Source of the DNA: a virus
Taxonomy: Duplodnaviria; Caudoviricetes
DNA length: 46,059 nt
Virus record (IMG/VR): IMGVR_UViG_3300042549_000862
Span: 1-46,059 of that record
Direction: 5' to 3' (one strand)
Of this stretch, positions 9,809 through 17,357 are shown piece after piece. Every line of letters starts with the position of its first letter. Position 1 is the first letter of the stretch. A model generated the notes under the pieces. It made no database searches. It was not told the origin of the DNA and saw only the letters and a list, made by a program, of their open reading frames with translations. Made by a program: the position numbers and the translations under genes.

Positions 9809-10548
9809 TACGTTATAAACATCTGTCGCGGCACCAGACGTTCCGCGGCTTTTTCGCGGTCTTCACCTGCTGCCAAATCCCATGCCTCGTCGTACTGCGC
9901 CTTCAAAAGCACCGTGCGCTGCTCTGCACCGGGCACCTTCAACGACAGCATGTACGCCAACCCCGCAACCAGCGCATTGGTAAAACGAAACGGAATGTCC
10001 ACTGCGTTCACACCGTTTCCTGCGTCAAATATGCGCCTAAGACGCCAGTAATAAAACACGTAGTACGGGTTAGCTTCCGTACCTTGATCTGGCGCAGGCC
10101 AGACATTGATCTGAGGATGCGAAACATCGCCTGTGCTTGACCCCACCCGCTGCCCACTTTGGCGGTTTATCCACACCTGAATGGGCCTGCCTTGCGCCAG
10201 TTTGTTAGGGATGGTGGAGTACGTGGAGACGGAAATGCGCGTGATGTTCAGATCAGTTTGGTTGGGCACGTCACCAGATTGTGTACGAATAACATGCTCA
10301 AGTAAGTCAACAGTATCATCAGGGAGATCATAGGTCGTCTGTCCTTGCACCATGTTGATTGAGCCTTGCTCAATCGTCCACAAGTTAACACCGCGGTTAG
10401 CCCACTCGTTCAACAACAAGTTCAAGCTGCGCCGGGCCGTCCTGAAATGGTAGCCAGTGCGCATCTCAATACCACAACGCTCAAACGCCTCCTCGAAGTA
10501 CTCGTTGAGCGTTGGGTTGAAAGTTGTTGTGTCGGTGGTGTAGGCCAT
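9808..10548 (-). CDS. Head-tail adaptor/tail tubular protein A-like
   Basis: EEAFERCG...ARRSLNLLLNEWANRGVNLWT...WPAPD...PFRF..ALVAGLAY; neck position. Confidence 0.65.
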   Translation of the reverse strand: MAYTTDTTTFNPTLNEYFEEAFERCGIEMRTGYHFRTARRSLNLLLNEWANRGVNLWTIEQGSINMVQGQTTYDLPDDTVDLLEHVIRTQSGDVPNQTDLNITRISVSTYSTIPNKLAQGRPIQVWINRQSGQRVGSSTGDVSHPQINVWPAPDQGTEANPYYVFYYWRLRRIFDAGNGVNAVDIPFRFTNALVAGLAYMLSLKVPGAEQRTVLLKAQYDEAWDLAAGEDREKAAERLVPRQMFIT

Positions 10549-10781
10549 TATCTGAACCTTGCTGTCTTCTGAGCTATACCTTTTGGCTGCTTAACAAACT
10601 GCTTGCCTTTTGCCTTCCCTACCCGCTTTGCCTTCGTAGTGGCGGCATACTCGGCTGGGCTTAGCGCCTTGATTGCGTTTTCCGGGAGATACCTCTCGCC
10701 CGTCTTGCTTGAAGGCTTGCCTGACTTTGTACGCCATTTCTGTTCCGTCCAATTCTTCAGGCTTTGTTGCGGTGCCTTCAT
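10548..10781 (-). CDS. DUF5872-like protein, C-terminal half
   Basis: MKAPQQSLKNWTEQKWRTKSG...ERYLP..AIKALS...GKQFVKQP; ATG overlaps the upstream TGA (ATGA). Confidence 0.65.
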   Translation of the reverse strand: MKAPQQSLKNWTEQKWRTKSGKPSSKTGERYLPENAIKALSPAEYAATTKAKRVGKAKGKQFVKQPKGIAQKTARFR

Positions 10782-11113
10782 CCTTTGTAGCCCCCGCCAG
10801 AAGCTTTGTACTTCTTTGCCAACAACTGCGCTTTTCTTGCCGACCACTGCCCTGCAGCAGTGCCTTGCACCGCTGAGTTCTTGATCTTATTGAATAGCGC
10901 TTTTCTCATACCCGGTTTGGTGTAGTTGCCAGCTTGATTAACTTTTGATCGCTTTGCTGCACCACGCACGGCATCCTCCACAGAAGGCTTACCTAACCTT
11001 ACAGAGCCACCTTTGGCGTACTGCGTAAAGTCGGTGTCATCCCGGCGCGCTTTTGTCTTAGCGCCGGGCATCTTGGAGGGGTTGATTATACCCATGCCGC
11101 GCGATGGCCTCAT
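10778..11113 (-). CDS. Basic protein carrying the DUF5872-like N-terminal half
   Basis: NYTKPGMRKALFNKIK...GQWSARKAQLLAKKYKASGGGY. Confidence 0.7.
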   Translation of the reverse strand: MRPSRGMGIINPSKMPGAKTKARRDDTDFTQYAKGGSVRLGKPSVEDAVRGAAKRSKVNQAGNYTKPGMRKALFNKIKNSAVQGTAAGQWSARKAQLLAKKYKASGGGYKG

Positions 11114-11889
11114 ATATAACGGCCCTTCGTTTTACCACGCTGAACAATACCATCGCCACGGCTTGAAGCAGATGACTTTACAGAACCACCTTTGCGTACG
11201 TTTATGGGAGGTTTAGGTGGAACGTAAGCAGACTTAGCCGTAGCAGCGGGTTTAGCCGTAGCAGCGGGTTTAGTTGTAGCAACGGATTTAGCTATGTTAG
11301 CGGGATTGACAGGCAAAGCAGCAGATTTAGCCGTAGCAGCGGGTCTAGCTGGGATAGTCGCAGGCGCATTAGCCGGAGGGGCTTTAGCCGTAGCAGCGGC
11401 GTATTTTCTGTTTGCTTCTTTTTCCCTTGCTTCCGCTTTTTGTATGTTCGCCTGCCTTTGTGCAGAACCTTCTTGCATACGTTGCTTAAAAGCTGCCCTT
11501 TCTTCACGGTTAGGCCTTTTTGCAGCTAGTTCTTTTACGCGTTTAGCCTGATCTTCCTGTCGAAATTTTTGGATAAGTGCGTCATCTGCTATCCGCCCTT
11601 GTGTACCACGACCCCTCAGCGATTGTTGTATTGAAGTAAGAGAAGCTGCAAGGCCCTCTCCACCTAATTTTTCGTACTTAGCTTTCCGTTTATCGTAGCT
11701 TGCTCTAAGCGCTTTTTCATGCGCTTCGCGTTTTGCCCGGCCTTTTTCGTACGCTTCCTTCATCCGTTGTCTTTGTTCATCGGAAATAACAGGTGCTTCA
11801 TCGTCAGCAGCCCCACCAGAAGCCATTTTTTTAGCCACAGGTTTACCTCTAGCCATACTACCAAAAGTCATTTTTCTCGTAGCCATCAT
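11110..11889 (-). CDS. Lys/Ala/Arg-rich basic protein (putative internal virion protein)
   Basis: 259 aa, PAATAK repeats, C-terminal SASSRGDGIVQRGKTKG; AGGAGG RBS. Confidence 0.7.
   Translation of the reverse strand: MMATRKMTFGSMARGKPVAKKMASGGAADDEAPVISDEQRQRMKEAYEKGRAKREAHEKALRASYDKRKAKYEKLGGEGLAASLTSIQQSLRGRGTQGRIADDALIQKFRQEDQAKRVKELAAKRPNREERAAFKQRMQEGSAQRQANIQKAEAREKEANRKYAAATAKAPPANAPATIPARPAATAKSAALPVNPANIAKSVATTKPAATAKPAATAKSAYVPPKPPINVRKGGSVKSSASSRGDGIVQRGKTKGRYI
11234..11399. repeat. 18-bp coding repeat TTAGCCGTAGCAGCGGGT (PAATAK): tandem x3 plus 2 dispersed copies
   Basis: Copies at 11234, 11252, 11270 (degenerate), 11327 and 11384 (partial). Confidence 0.85.
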
Positions 11890-11898
11890 ATCCTCCTA

Positions 11899-12297
11899 TT
11901 AGCACTTACCGCCGTACTTCATGCCTTTGCCACCGGACATGACAATTTGCTTGCCCTTGGTTTTGCCTTTAACGGCAACACCATCACGGCTAGGAGCTGC
12001 AGTTTTAACCGCACCCATCTTCGATGAAGTCATGCCGCCGTTGGCGTACTTAGCCATGCCGCCTTTCTTCATGCCAGCTTCTTTCATCTCATGTTTAATC
12101 ATGGACTTAGGAGCACCTTTTTTCTTCATGAAGCCGACTTCTTTCTTCATCATTGCCTTTGACTCTTTCATTTCGCCTCCTCCGGCTTTGGTAAATTCGC
12201 GTCCCACGGATTGCGGCACGCCTGCTTTCTTTGCAAATTTTGGGTTATGCGCTACTGCTTGCATAAACCGTTCTTGCTTTTTGCTAACCGTGGGCAT
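11899..12297 (-). CDS. Small Lys/Met/Gly-rich basic protein
   Basis: MPTVSKKQERFMQAVAHNP...MKKGG...DGVAVKGKTKG. Confidence 0.75.
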   Translation of the reverse strand: MPTVSKKQERFMQAVAHNPKFAKKAGVPQSVGREFTKAGGGEMKESKAMMKKEVGFMKKKGAPKSMIKHEMKEAGMKKGGMAKYANGGMTSSKMGAVKTAAPSRDGVAVKGKTKGKQIVMSGGKGMKYGGKC

Positions 12298-12536
12298 CAG
12301 TTACTCCACTTGCCCGACAAAAACCCAACAAGCGCAGACATGCCACTAGCGGCACCGCCAGCCCACATCAACACTTTCCAGCCACCTTTTGCTTCAGAAA
12401 GCGTTTTGTTTATTTCCTCGATTGACTTGCGAATGGCGGCAACGTCCTCCTTCATGGAGTCCATGTCGTCTTGCAAATGTTTGATGTCGTTCGCGTGAGT
12501 AGCAAGCTCACGCGCCGTCTCTATTTCGGGAGTCAT
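12297..12536 (-). CDS. Coiled-coil protein with C-terminal hydrophobic helix
   Basis: ELATHANDIKHLQDDM...AKGGWKVLMWAGGAA; alternative start at 12551. Confidence 0.7.
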   Translation of the reverse strand: MTPEIETARELATHANDIKHLQDDMDSMKEDVAAIRKSIEEINKTLSEAKGGWKVLMWAGGAASGMSALVGFLSGKWSN

Positions 12537-12538
12537 AC

Positions 12539-12793
12539 TTAACACTTCCATGCCCTTAACGATTTATTGATGCGGCTGTTCGGGTCGTTGGCTGTTTTGG
12601 ATGAAGTAAGTTTCTTTTTCATCCCTTCCATGCGCGCGCAGAAGGAACGCTTTCTGGCTCCGCCCTCCGGCTGTGGAGCCTTCAGCCCCGGCTTGCCGGG
12701 GTTCGCCGCGTTGTAAGAGGCTCGCCCTTTGGCGTTGAGTCCGCCCTTGGGGTTCTTGCCTTCTTTCCTCTGCCATGCTGGGGTCTTAGCCAT
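12539..12793 (-). CDS. DUF6321-like small basic phage protein
   Basis: AWQRKEGKNPKGGLNAKGR...SFCARM...DPNSRINKSLRAWKC. Confidence 0.75.
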   Translation of the reverse strand: MAKTPAWQRKEGKNPKGGLNAKGRASYNAANPGKPGLKAPQPEGGARKRSFCARMEGMKKKLTSSKTANDPNSRINKSLRAWKC

Positions 12794-13055
12794 AGAACAC
12801 CGTTAAAGATGCGTTGACCAAAATAGCTGATACGTTCGTTTGGAACAGCACGCCTTGATCGGGGATTAGCACGGCAAAGGTTTCGCCGTTGGCTGTGGTA
12901 GGAACAGTAAACACATTTGCCCCACCATCAACCAACGTGACATTTCCCGCACTGGAAGTTGGGCCAATGAGCACGCTCTTGACCCTTGTGCGGCCTTCAT
13001 ACACCAATCCCGTAGAGCTAATGCTCTTGGCTTTAACGTCTGTTTGCATAGCCAT
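12786..13055 (-). CDS. Small virion structural protein
   Basis: MAMQTDVKA...IPDQGVLF...TVFYG; AGGAGG RBS. Confidence 0.7.
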   Translation of the reverse strand: MAMQTDVKAKSISSTGLVYEGRTRVKSVLIGPTSSAGNVTLVDGGANVFTVPTTANGETFAVLIPDQGVLFQTNVSAILVNASLTVFYG

Positions 13056-13067
13056 GATGGCCTCCTA

Positions 13068-13538
13068 TCAGACGTTTTGCTGACCGAGCAGATAATCAGC
13101 TACGTAATATTGAATAATCCCGCCAACATTGCCCGAAGCCGAACCACCGTCCGAAACCGTGACAACGAAGTTCGAGGTAGCCGAAGGCGTAATACCCATG
13201 CCACCGCCAGCATTTGTTGAGCCGGGGGTCACTGTCTTGGCACTGGTTGCCGTCAGACCAGATACAAAATACGAAGCGTTTGATGCACCGCCCACAATCG
13301 TATAGCCGACGTTAATAGCGCCTGCAGTAGAAGGATCGGTTATCAGAATGGCTGTTACAACTGCGTTTGCAGGCAGTTCAACTTCAGCCGTTTGTCCTAG
13401 CGCCACAACTGCATTGGAGCTGGCAGTAGCGTTAGCGGAATAGAAAGTAGCGGCCATGAGCATGGAGCCGCAGTAAGCCTGACGCGTTGAGTCGTTACCG
13501 CCCGAACGCCATATTGCTTGGGTAGTTGCAATTCCCAT
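13068..13538 (-). CDS. Putative capsid decoration/cement protein
   Basis: First gene after the MCP; beta-rich with LPANAVV motif. Confidence 0.6.
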   Translation of the reverse strand: MGIATTQAIWRSGGNDSTRQAYCGSMLMAATFYSANATASSNAVVALGQTAEVELPANAVVTAILITDPSTAGAINVGYTIVGGASNASYFVSGLTATSAKTVTPGSTNAGGGMGITPSATSNFVVTVSDGGSASGNVGGIIQYYVADYLLGQQNV

Positions 13539-13549
13539 AATAAATTGTC

Positions 13550-13625
13550 CTCACATGCGAGTTCGGTATGGCAATTTGCATGTCATCAGCCGGGAGCTGT
13601 TTGCCACACCGGGGATTCCCGGAGA
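13550..13625 (-). ncRNA. Double-pseudoknot structured RNA, probable Mu-gpT-DE motif
   Basis: Three interleaved helices on the minus strand (CCGGGA/UCCCGG; GGUGUGGCAA/UUGCCAUACC; ACAUGC/GCAUGU), directly downstream of a Mu-gpT-like capsid gene. Confidence 0.6.
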
Positions 13626-13643
13626 TACCGCTTTATAACCTAC

Positions 13644-13670
13644 AAAAGAGGGGGCGTAAAGCCCCCTCTT
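13644..13670 (-). terminator. Rho-independent terminator after the major capsid gene
   Basis: Minus strand AAGAGGGGGC-TTTAC-GCCCCCTCTTTT right after the MCP stop. Confidence 0.8.
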
Positions 13671-13671
13671 C

Positions 13672-14580
13672 TTACGCGCCTTGCGAGCCGTACATGCCCA
13701 ACGGGTCCGACCAGCCGAACGAATAACGCTCACGTGCCTTGTAGCGCACGTTGCCGGTGTCGAAATCGCCGTCCATGCCGGTAGACATTGGAACGCGAAC
13801 AAAGTGCTTCATGCCGTTAGGAACATCAGTGGTCAGGAACCATGCGTTCGTATCGGTCAGGAAGTGGTTGATCGCGTAGCCTTCCGGGATGGAACCGTTG
13901 TTCTTCAGCGCGTTGATGTCGTTGTCGGTGGTACCAACACGCAGGCTGGTTTCCAACAGACGAGTTGCAACGAACTGCAGAGCCGACGGGATGATCAGCT
14001 TGCGGGGCTTAGCAGCAATCAGCAGGCCACGTTCGTCAGTCCACGCAGCGATCTGAATAACGGCGGCTTCAAGCGAAGTCTCGTTCAGGTCGGCAGGGGT
14101 CGTCGGAATGTTGCTGTTGGTGCCACCAGATACCAGCGGGTGCTGTGAGCTGACCAGGGAGACGCCATCGCCGCCAGTGTAGCTGGAGGAGAAGCCGTTG
14201 TTCAGAACAGCCGCTGCCTTGACCTGCTTGGTATAAGCCATCGAACGTGCGAGAGCTTTGGTGTAACGAGACGACAGGGAGTCGTACAGGTTATCTTCAA
14301 TAGCCTCTTCGGTCAGGGAGAAGCCCTGAGCGATGGTTTCGTGGTTATAGCGAGCAGTCCATGCTTCCTGCGCATTGTCGTAACGAATTGCACTACCTTC
14401 GTTCTTGACCGGTGCGGCAGTAAAGCCAGACAGCTTGGTTTCTTCTTCAAACGAACGCTCGGAAGTCTCGGTTTCGTAGATTTCCTTGTGTTCTTCGCCG
14501 TAGCGTGCGTACTCCAGACCGAACAGGGCGTTCAGGCCGGGCAGCAGCTCTTTAAGCAGTTGAGCGCGTGAAATAGCCAT
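13672..14580 (-). CDS. Major capsid protein (Mu gpT-like family)
   Basis: MAISRAQLLKELLPGLNALFGLEY...FTAAPVKNEG...KARERYSFGWSDP; 302 aa; follows scaffold; followed by a terminator. Confidence 0.9.
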   Translation of the reverse strand: MAISRAQLLKELLPGLNALFGLEYARYGEEHKEIYETETSERSFEEETKLSGFTAAPVKNEGSAIRYDNAQEAWTARYNHETIAQGFSLTEEAIEDNLYDSLSSRYTKALARSMAYTKQVKAAAVLNNGFSSSYTGGDGVSLVSSQHPLVSGGTNSNIPTTPADLNETSLEAAVIQIAAWTDERGLLIAAKPRKLIIPSALQFVATRLLETSLRVGTTDNDINALKNNGSIPEGYAINHFLTDTNAWFLTTDVPNGMKHFVRVPMSTGMDGDFDTGNVRYKARERYSFGWSDPLGMYGSQGA

Positions 14581-14590
14581 GGTTTACTCC

Positions 14591-15244
14591 TTATACGCCT
14601 GTCGGGTTGAGGTACTGATGACCGCCGGTCACTGTAGCGGTGTTAGCGCCAGACAGATTGACCGAAATCGTCACGTACGGTGCGTTGAACTTGCAAATGT
14701 ACTCGCAATAGCCGTTGGAGCTATTACCAGTATCAGGTACCAGATCAACAATACGGATTGGGAACGACGCAGTGGTAGCAGTGTTGCCACCAAAGATGCC
14801 CACAGCCGAATCACCAGTAGTGTTCGAGCCTGCGTTTTGCACCAGAACAGCGTTTTCGCCAACCAGCTCAGGACCGTAGAACGCCACAGTGGTGCCGGTC
14901 GAAACCGTTGCCACTTTGAAAAGAACGTCTGGGTCGTCAACCACGTAAGCGTAAGCATCGCTTGCAACGGTACCGGCAGGCCAGTACTGAGCAAACTGCT
15001 TCTGCGAAGTTGTGGGGTTGGTGTAGGTAACACCAACAAAAATGCCCACCGGGGTAGCGGTGCTGGTACCAGTGTCTTTCTCGACGGTACCGTTGGACAC
15101 ACGCTTTACCACATCGCCGTAGTAGATGCTGGTGTTGTAACCACTAGCAATCTTCATCAGGCGAGTGGAACCGGCATAGGGCTGACCACCGATCAGATTG
15201 ACCGGCTGCAAGCCGTAAGGCTTGTCAACTGTGGGATATGCCAT
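14591..15244 (-). CDS. Minor capsid/head decoration protein
   Basis: PYGLQPV...IYYGDVV...GIFVG..YT...AYVVDDPDVLF; immediately upstream of MCP. Confidence 0.7.
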   Translation of the reverse strand: MAYPTVDKPYGLQPVNLIGGQPYAGSTRLMKIASGYNTSIYYGDVVKRVSNGTVEKDTGTSTATPVGIFVGVTYTNPTTSQKQFAQYWPAGTVASDAYAYVVDDPDVLFKVATVSTGTTVAFYGPELVGENAVLVQNAGSNTTGDSAVGIFGGNTATTASFPIRIVDLVPDTGNSSNGYCEYICKFNAPYVTISVNLSGANTATVTGGHQYLNPTGV

Positions 15245-15266
15245 AGCTTCACTCCAAGGTTAGTAT

Positions 15267-15707
15267 TTACTTCGTACCTTTGCCAAAGCTAGTCGTGGAT
15301 TTCCGTTCGTTGAAGATTGGCATCCGCGGGTCGCTTTGACGCATCAGGTTGTTATCAACTGATTGCATCCAGCCCTCGGCCTGACGCTGGAAATAGTCGT
15401 TACGCGCCTGAATCTTTTCCTTGGGCATGCGGCACAACATCAAGCCGCCCATTTCGACGTTGCCGTTTGCGTTAGCAGGCAACATCAGTTCAGGATGATC
15501 TTCAGCTTTAACTGGTTCCCAGCCTTCACGAATCTGTTTTGACACGTGAGACGGAGCAGCTTGGCTGATGATATGCGTAGCAATCCAGCGGTACCCATAA
15601 TCGGGGTCAGGGGTTGGGTCTGGCAAAACGCTCGGCGGTTTGTAGTCAATCCGAGTTTCTTTTTCGCGTGTCTCTAGTTCACGGGGAATACGTGGGGTAT
15701 TAGCCAT
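15267..15707 (-). CDS. Conserved head-module hypothetical protein
   Basis: PPSVLP.P...YRWI...REGWEPV...GGLMLCRMP; between scaffold and capsid genes. Confidence 0.75.
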   Translation of the reverse strand: MANTPRIPRELETREKETRIDYKPPSVLPDPTPDPDYGYRWIATHIISQAAPSHVSKQIREGWEPVKAEDHPELMLPANANGNVEMGGLMLCRMPKEKIQARNDYFQRQAEGWMQSVDNNLMRQSDPRMPIFNERKSTTSFGKGTK

Positions 15708-16701
15708 TGCGAGCCTCCAGCTTCATAAGTTCAATTGCGTACTGTTTAGGGGTTAAGCCAAGCTTTGCCGCTATCACTTCTTGCGATTTTGTTAACTTAA
15801 CCTTTTTGGTTGCAGCAGAACGCGCAGCGGGTGCGACAACGGTCGCGGCTGGTTTTTTAGAAGTGGTGCCGGTCGGCTTTTGAGGTTCCCCAAATACTTC
15901 CGGGAACTTTTCTCTGAGGCGAGCGTCAATACGCTCGAAATATTCGTCAGTCCGGGCATATTCCAGCCCACGCTCGGCGGTTAGGCGCTGATGGGTAGCG
16001 AGTGCCATAGCGGTGACTTCCTCGTAACCGGGTGCTCCGAACCACTGGTTTCTTGCCTGCCAGCGCAGGGTTTTTTCGTCCGGGCGCACCTCTGGCGGAG
16101 GTGATGGCTGACTATATACCTGTTCCGGTTCTTCTTGTAAAGAGGTCGGCTTGAAATTTATTGCCTTGTCAAGCCGCAACTTGGCGTCGGCCAACTCCTC
16201 CTGTGCCGACAACATGCCGTCAGTGTCATACGCCTCCGCTGCCTCTTTGTACTTGCGGCGAGCCATCTCAAGATCGGCCTCGGCCTTGGACTTCAACACC
16301 TCGGCAAAGGTCTGCTCCCCTGTATTGACATAGCCGCGCAGCTTCTTGTTCTCCTCCACAAGCTGCTGGGCAACCCGGATAGCCTCTTCCCTTTCCCGCA
16401 GGGCGGCTTCCTTGGCGCGGCGCTCGTCGTGACGGGCATGAGCCAGCTCCTTGATGCGTTTCTGCACCTTGTCGCTGTACTGCTCAATCTCATCGTCAGA
16501 CGGGTCATTGACTTCCCTATCCAGTGGCTTTCGGCCTCTGTCGTCGGGCGGGGTATCGTCTTCTATCTCGATCTCGACATCGGACTCGGCGCTGACATCA
16601 ATCTCTATGTCATCCTCGTCAGGTTTGCGAATATCCGGCAAATCGTCGTCGTTGTCACGACCCGGAATTTTCAGCTCCGTCATGTACTCTTCATTAGCCA
16701 T
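15700..16701 (-). CDS. Capsid scaffolding protein
   Basis: Acidic N-terminus, long coiled coil, W..RN.WFG, C-terminal VKLTKSQEVIAAKLGLTPKQYA; start set at the ATG after AAGGAG (16701). Confidence 0.75.
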   Translation of the reverse strand: MANEEYMTELKIPGRDNDDDLPDIRKPDEDDIEIDVSAESDVEIEIEDDTPPDDRGRKPLDREVNDPSDDEIEQYSDKVQKRIKELAHARHDERRAKEAALREREEAIRVAQQLVEENKKLRGYVNTGEQTFAEVLKSKAEADLEMARRKYKEAAEAYDTDGMLSAQEELADAKLRLDKAINFKPTSLQEEPEQVYSQPSPPPEVRPDEKTLRWQARNQWFGAPGYEEVTAMALATHQRLTAERGLEYARTDEYFERIDARLREKFPEVFGEPQKPTGTTSKKPAATVVAPAARSAATKKVKLTKSQEVIAAKLGLTPKQYAIELMKLEARNG

Positions 16702-16711
16702 ACATCTCTCC

Positions 16712-17149
16712 TTACGCTGCGCGTGCGTAGCCGCGCGGGTCTTCCACCGTGCCGTCCACCTGATCATCGTTAATCATGCGGAATTCACGCCCATGGATTG
16801 TGAACCGTGTGCCGCTGTATGCGCGCACCAGAACAAAATCTCCTTCTTTGCACCACGCCCCGGACGGAAACTTTGCCGGGTCTTTATAAGCATCAGGGCC
16901 TACAGCCACAACAAACAACACCGTTGTGGTTTGTTCTTCAATTCGTTGTGATATAGCTGCTTTTACGAGCATTGAATCTTCAAACGTATCATCAGCAGGT
17001 GGCACAACACACAGAATCTTAAATCCCGCAGGTCGTGGCAACTGACGTGCTTTTGCGGCATCGCCGGGTGCGTCCACTTGTTCTTCGTCAATTTTCTTTT
17101 CAGCGGTTATCAAGTCTTTCAAGTATTGCGGAAGGAGTATGTCACTCAT
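16712..17149 (-). CDS. groES: GroES-like co-chaperonin
   Basis: LPRPAGFKIL...VVAVGPDAY...WCKEGDFVL...YSG...EFRMINDDQV.G.V. Confidence 0.8.
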   Translation of the reverse strand: MSDILLPQYLKDLITAEKKIDEEQVDAPGDAAKARQLPRPAGFKILCVVPPADDTFEDSMLVKAAISQRIEEQTTTVLFVVAVGPDAYKDPAKFPSGAWCKEGDFVLVRAYSGTRFTIHGREFRMINDDQVDGTVEDPRGYARAA

Positions 17150-17357
17150 CTTCGTCGTCCTTTATGGCTTTCTTAGCAAGGTCAAGTAAGTGGCGCTCTG
17201 CAATAGCTAGACCTTGAATCACACCGCAGAGCTTTGTATAAGCCGGATAGTCAGCACAGGCACCGCCTGCGAGATCGTCACAGTAGTTGTTCATGTCGTC
17301 CCGAATTTTCTTGCGCAGGACATCAACGAACGATGTGTACTCTTCTATTGTGGACAT
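17142..17357 (-). CDS. Small conserved head-module protein
   Basis: 71 aa, LAGG..ADYPAY.KLCG.IQGL; between portal and GroES. Confidence 0.7.
   Translation of the reverse strand: MSTIEEYTSFVDVLRKKIRDDMNNYCDDLAGGACADYPAYTKLCGVIQGLAIAERHLLDLAKKAIKDDEDE

Noticed and set aside
13583-13589. CUGAUGA on the minus strand suggesting a hammerhead ribozyme
   Set aside because: No correctly placed GAAA or three-way junction; the pairing fits a double pseudoknot instead
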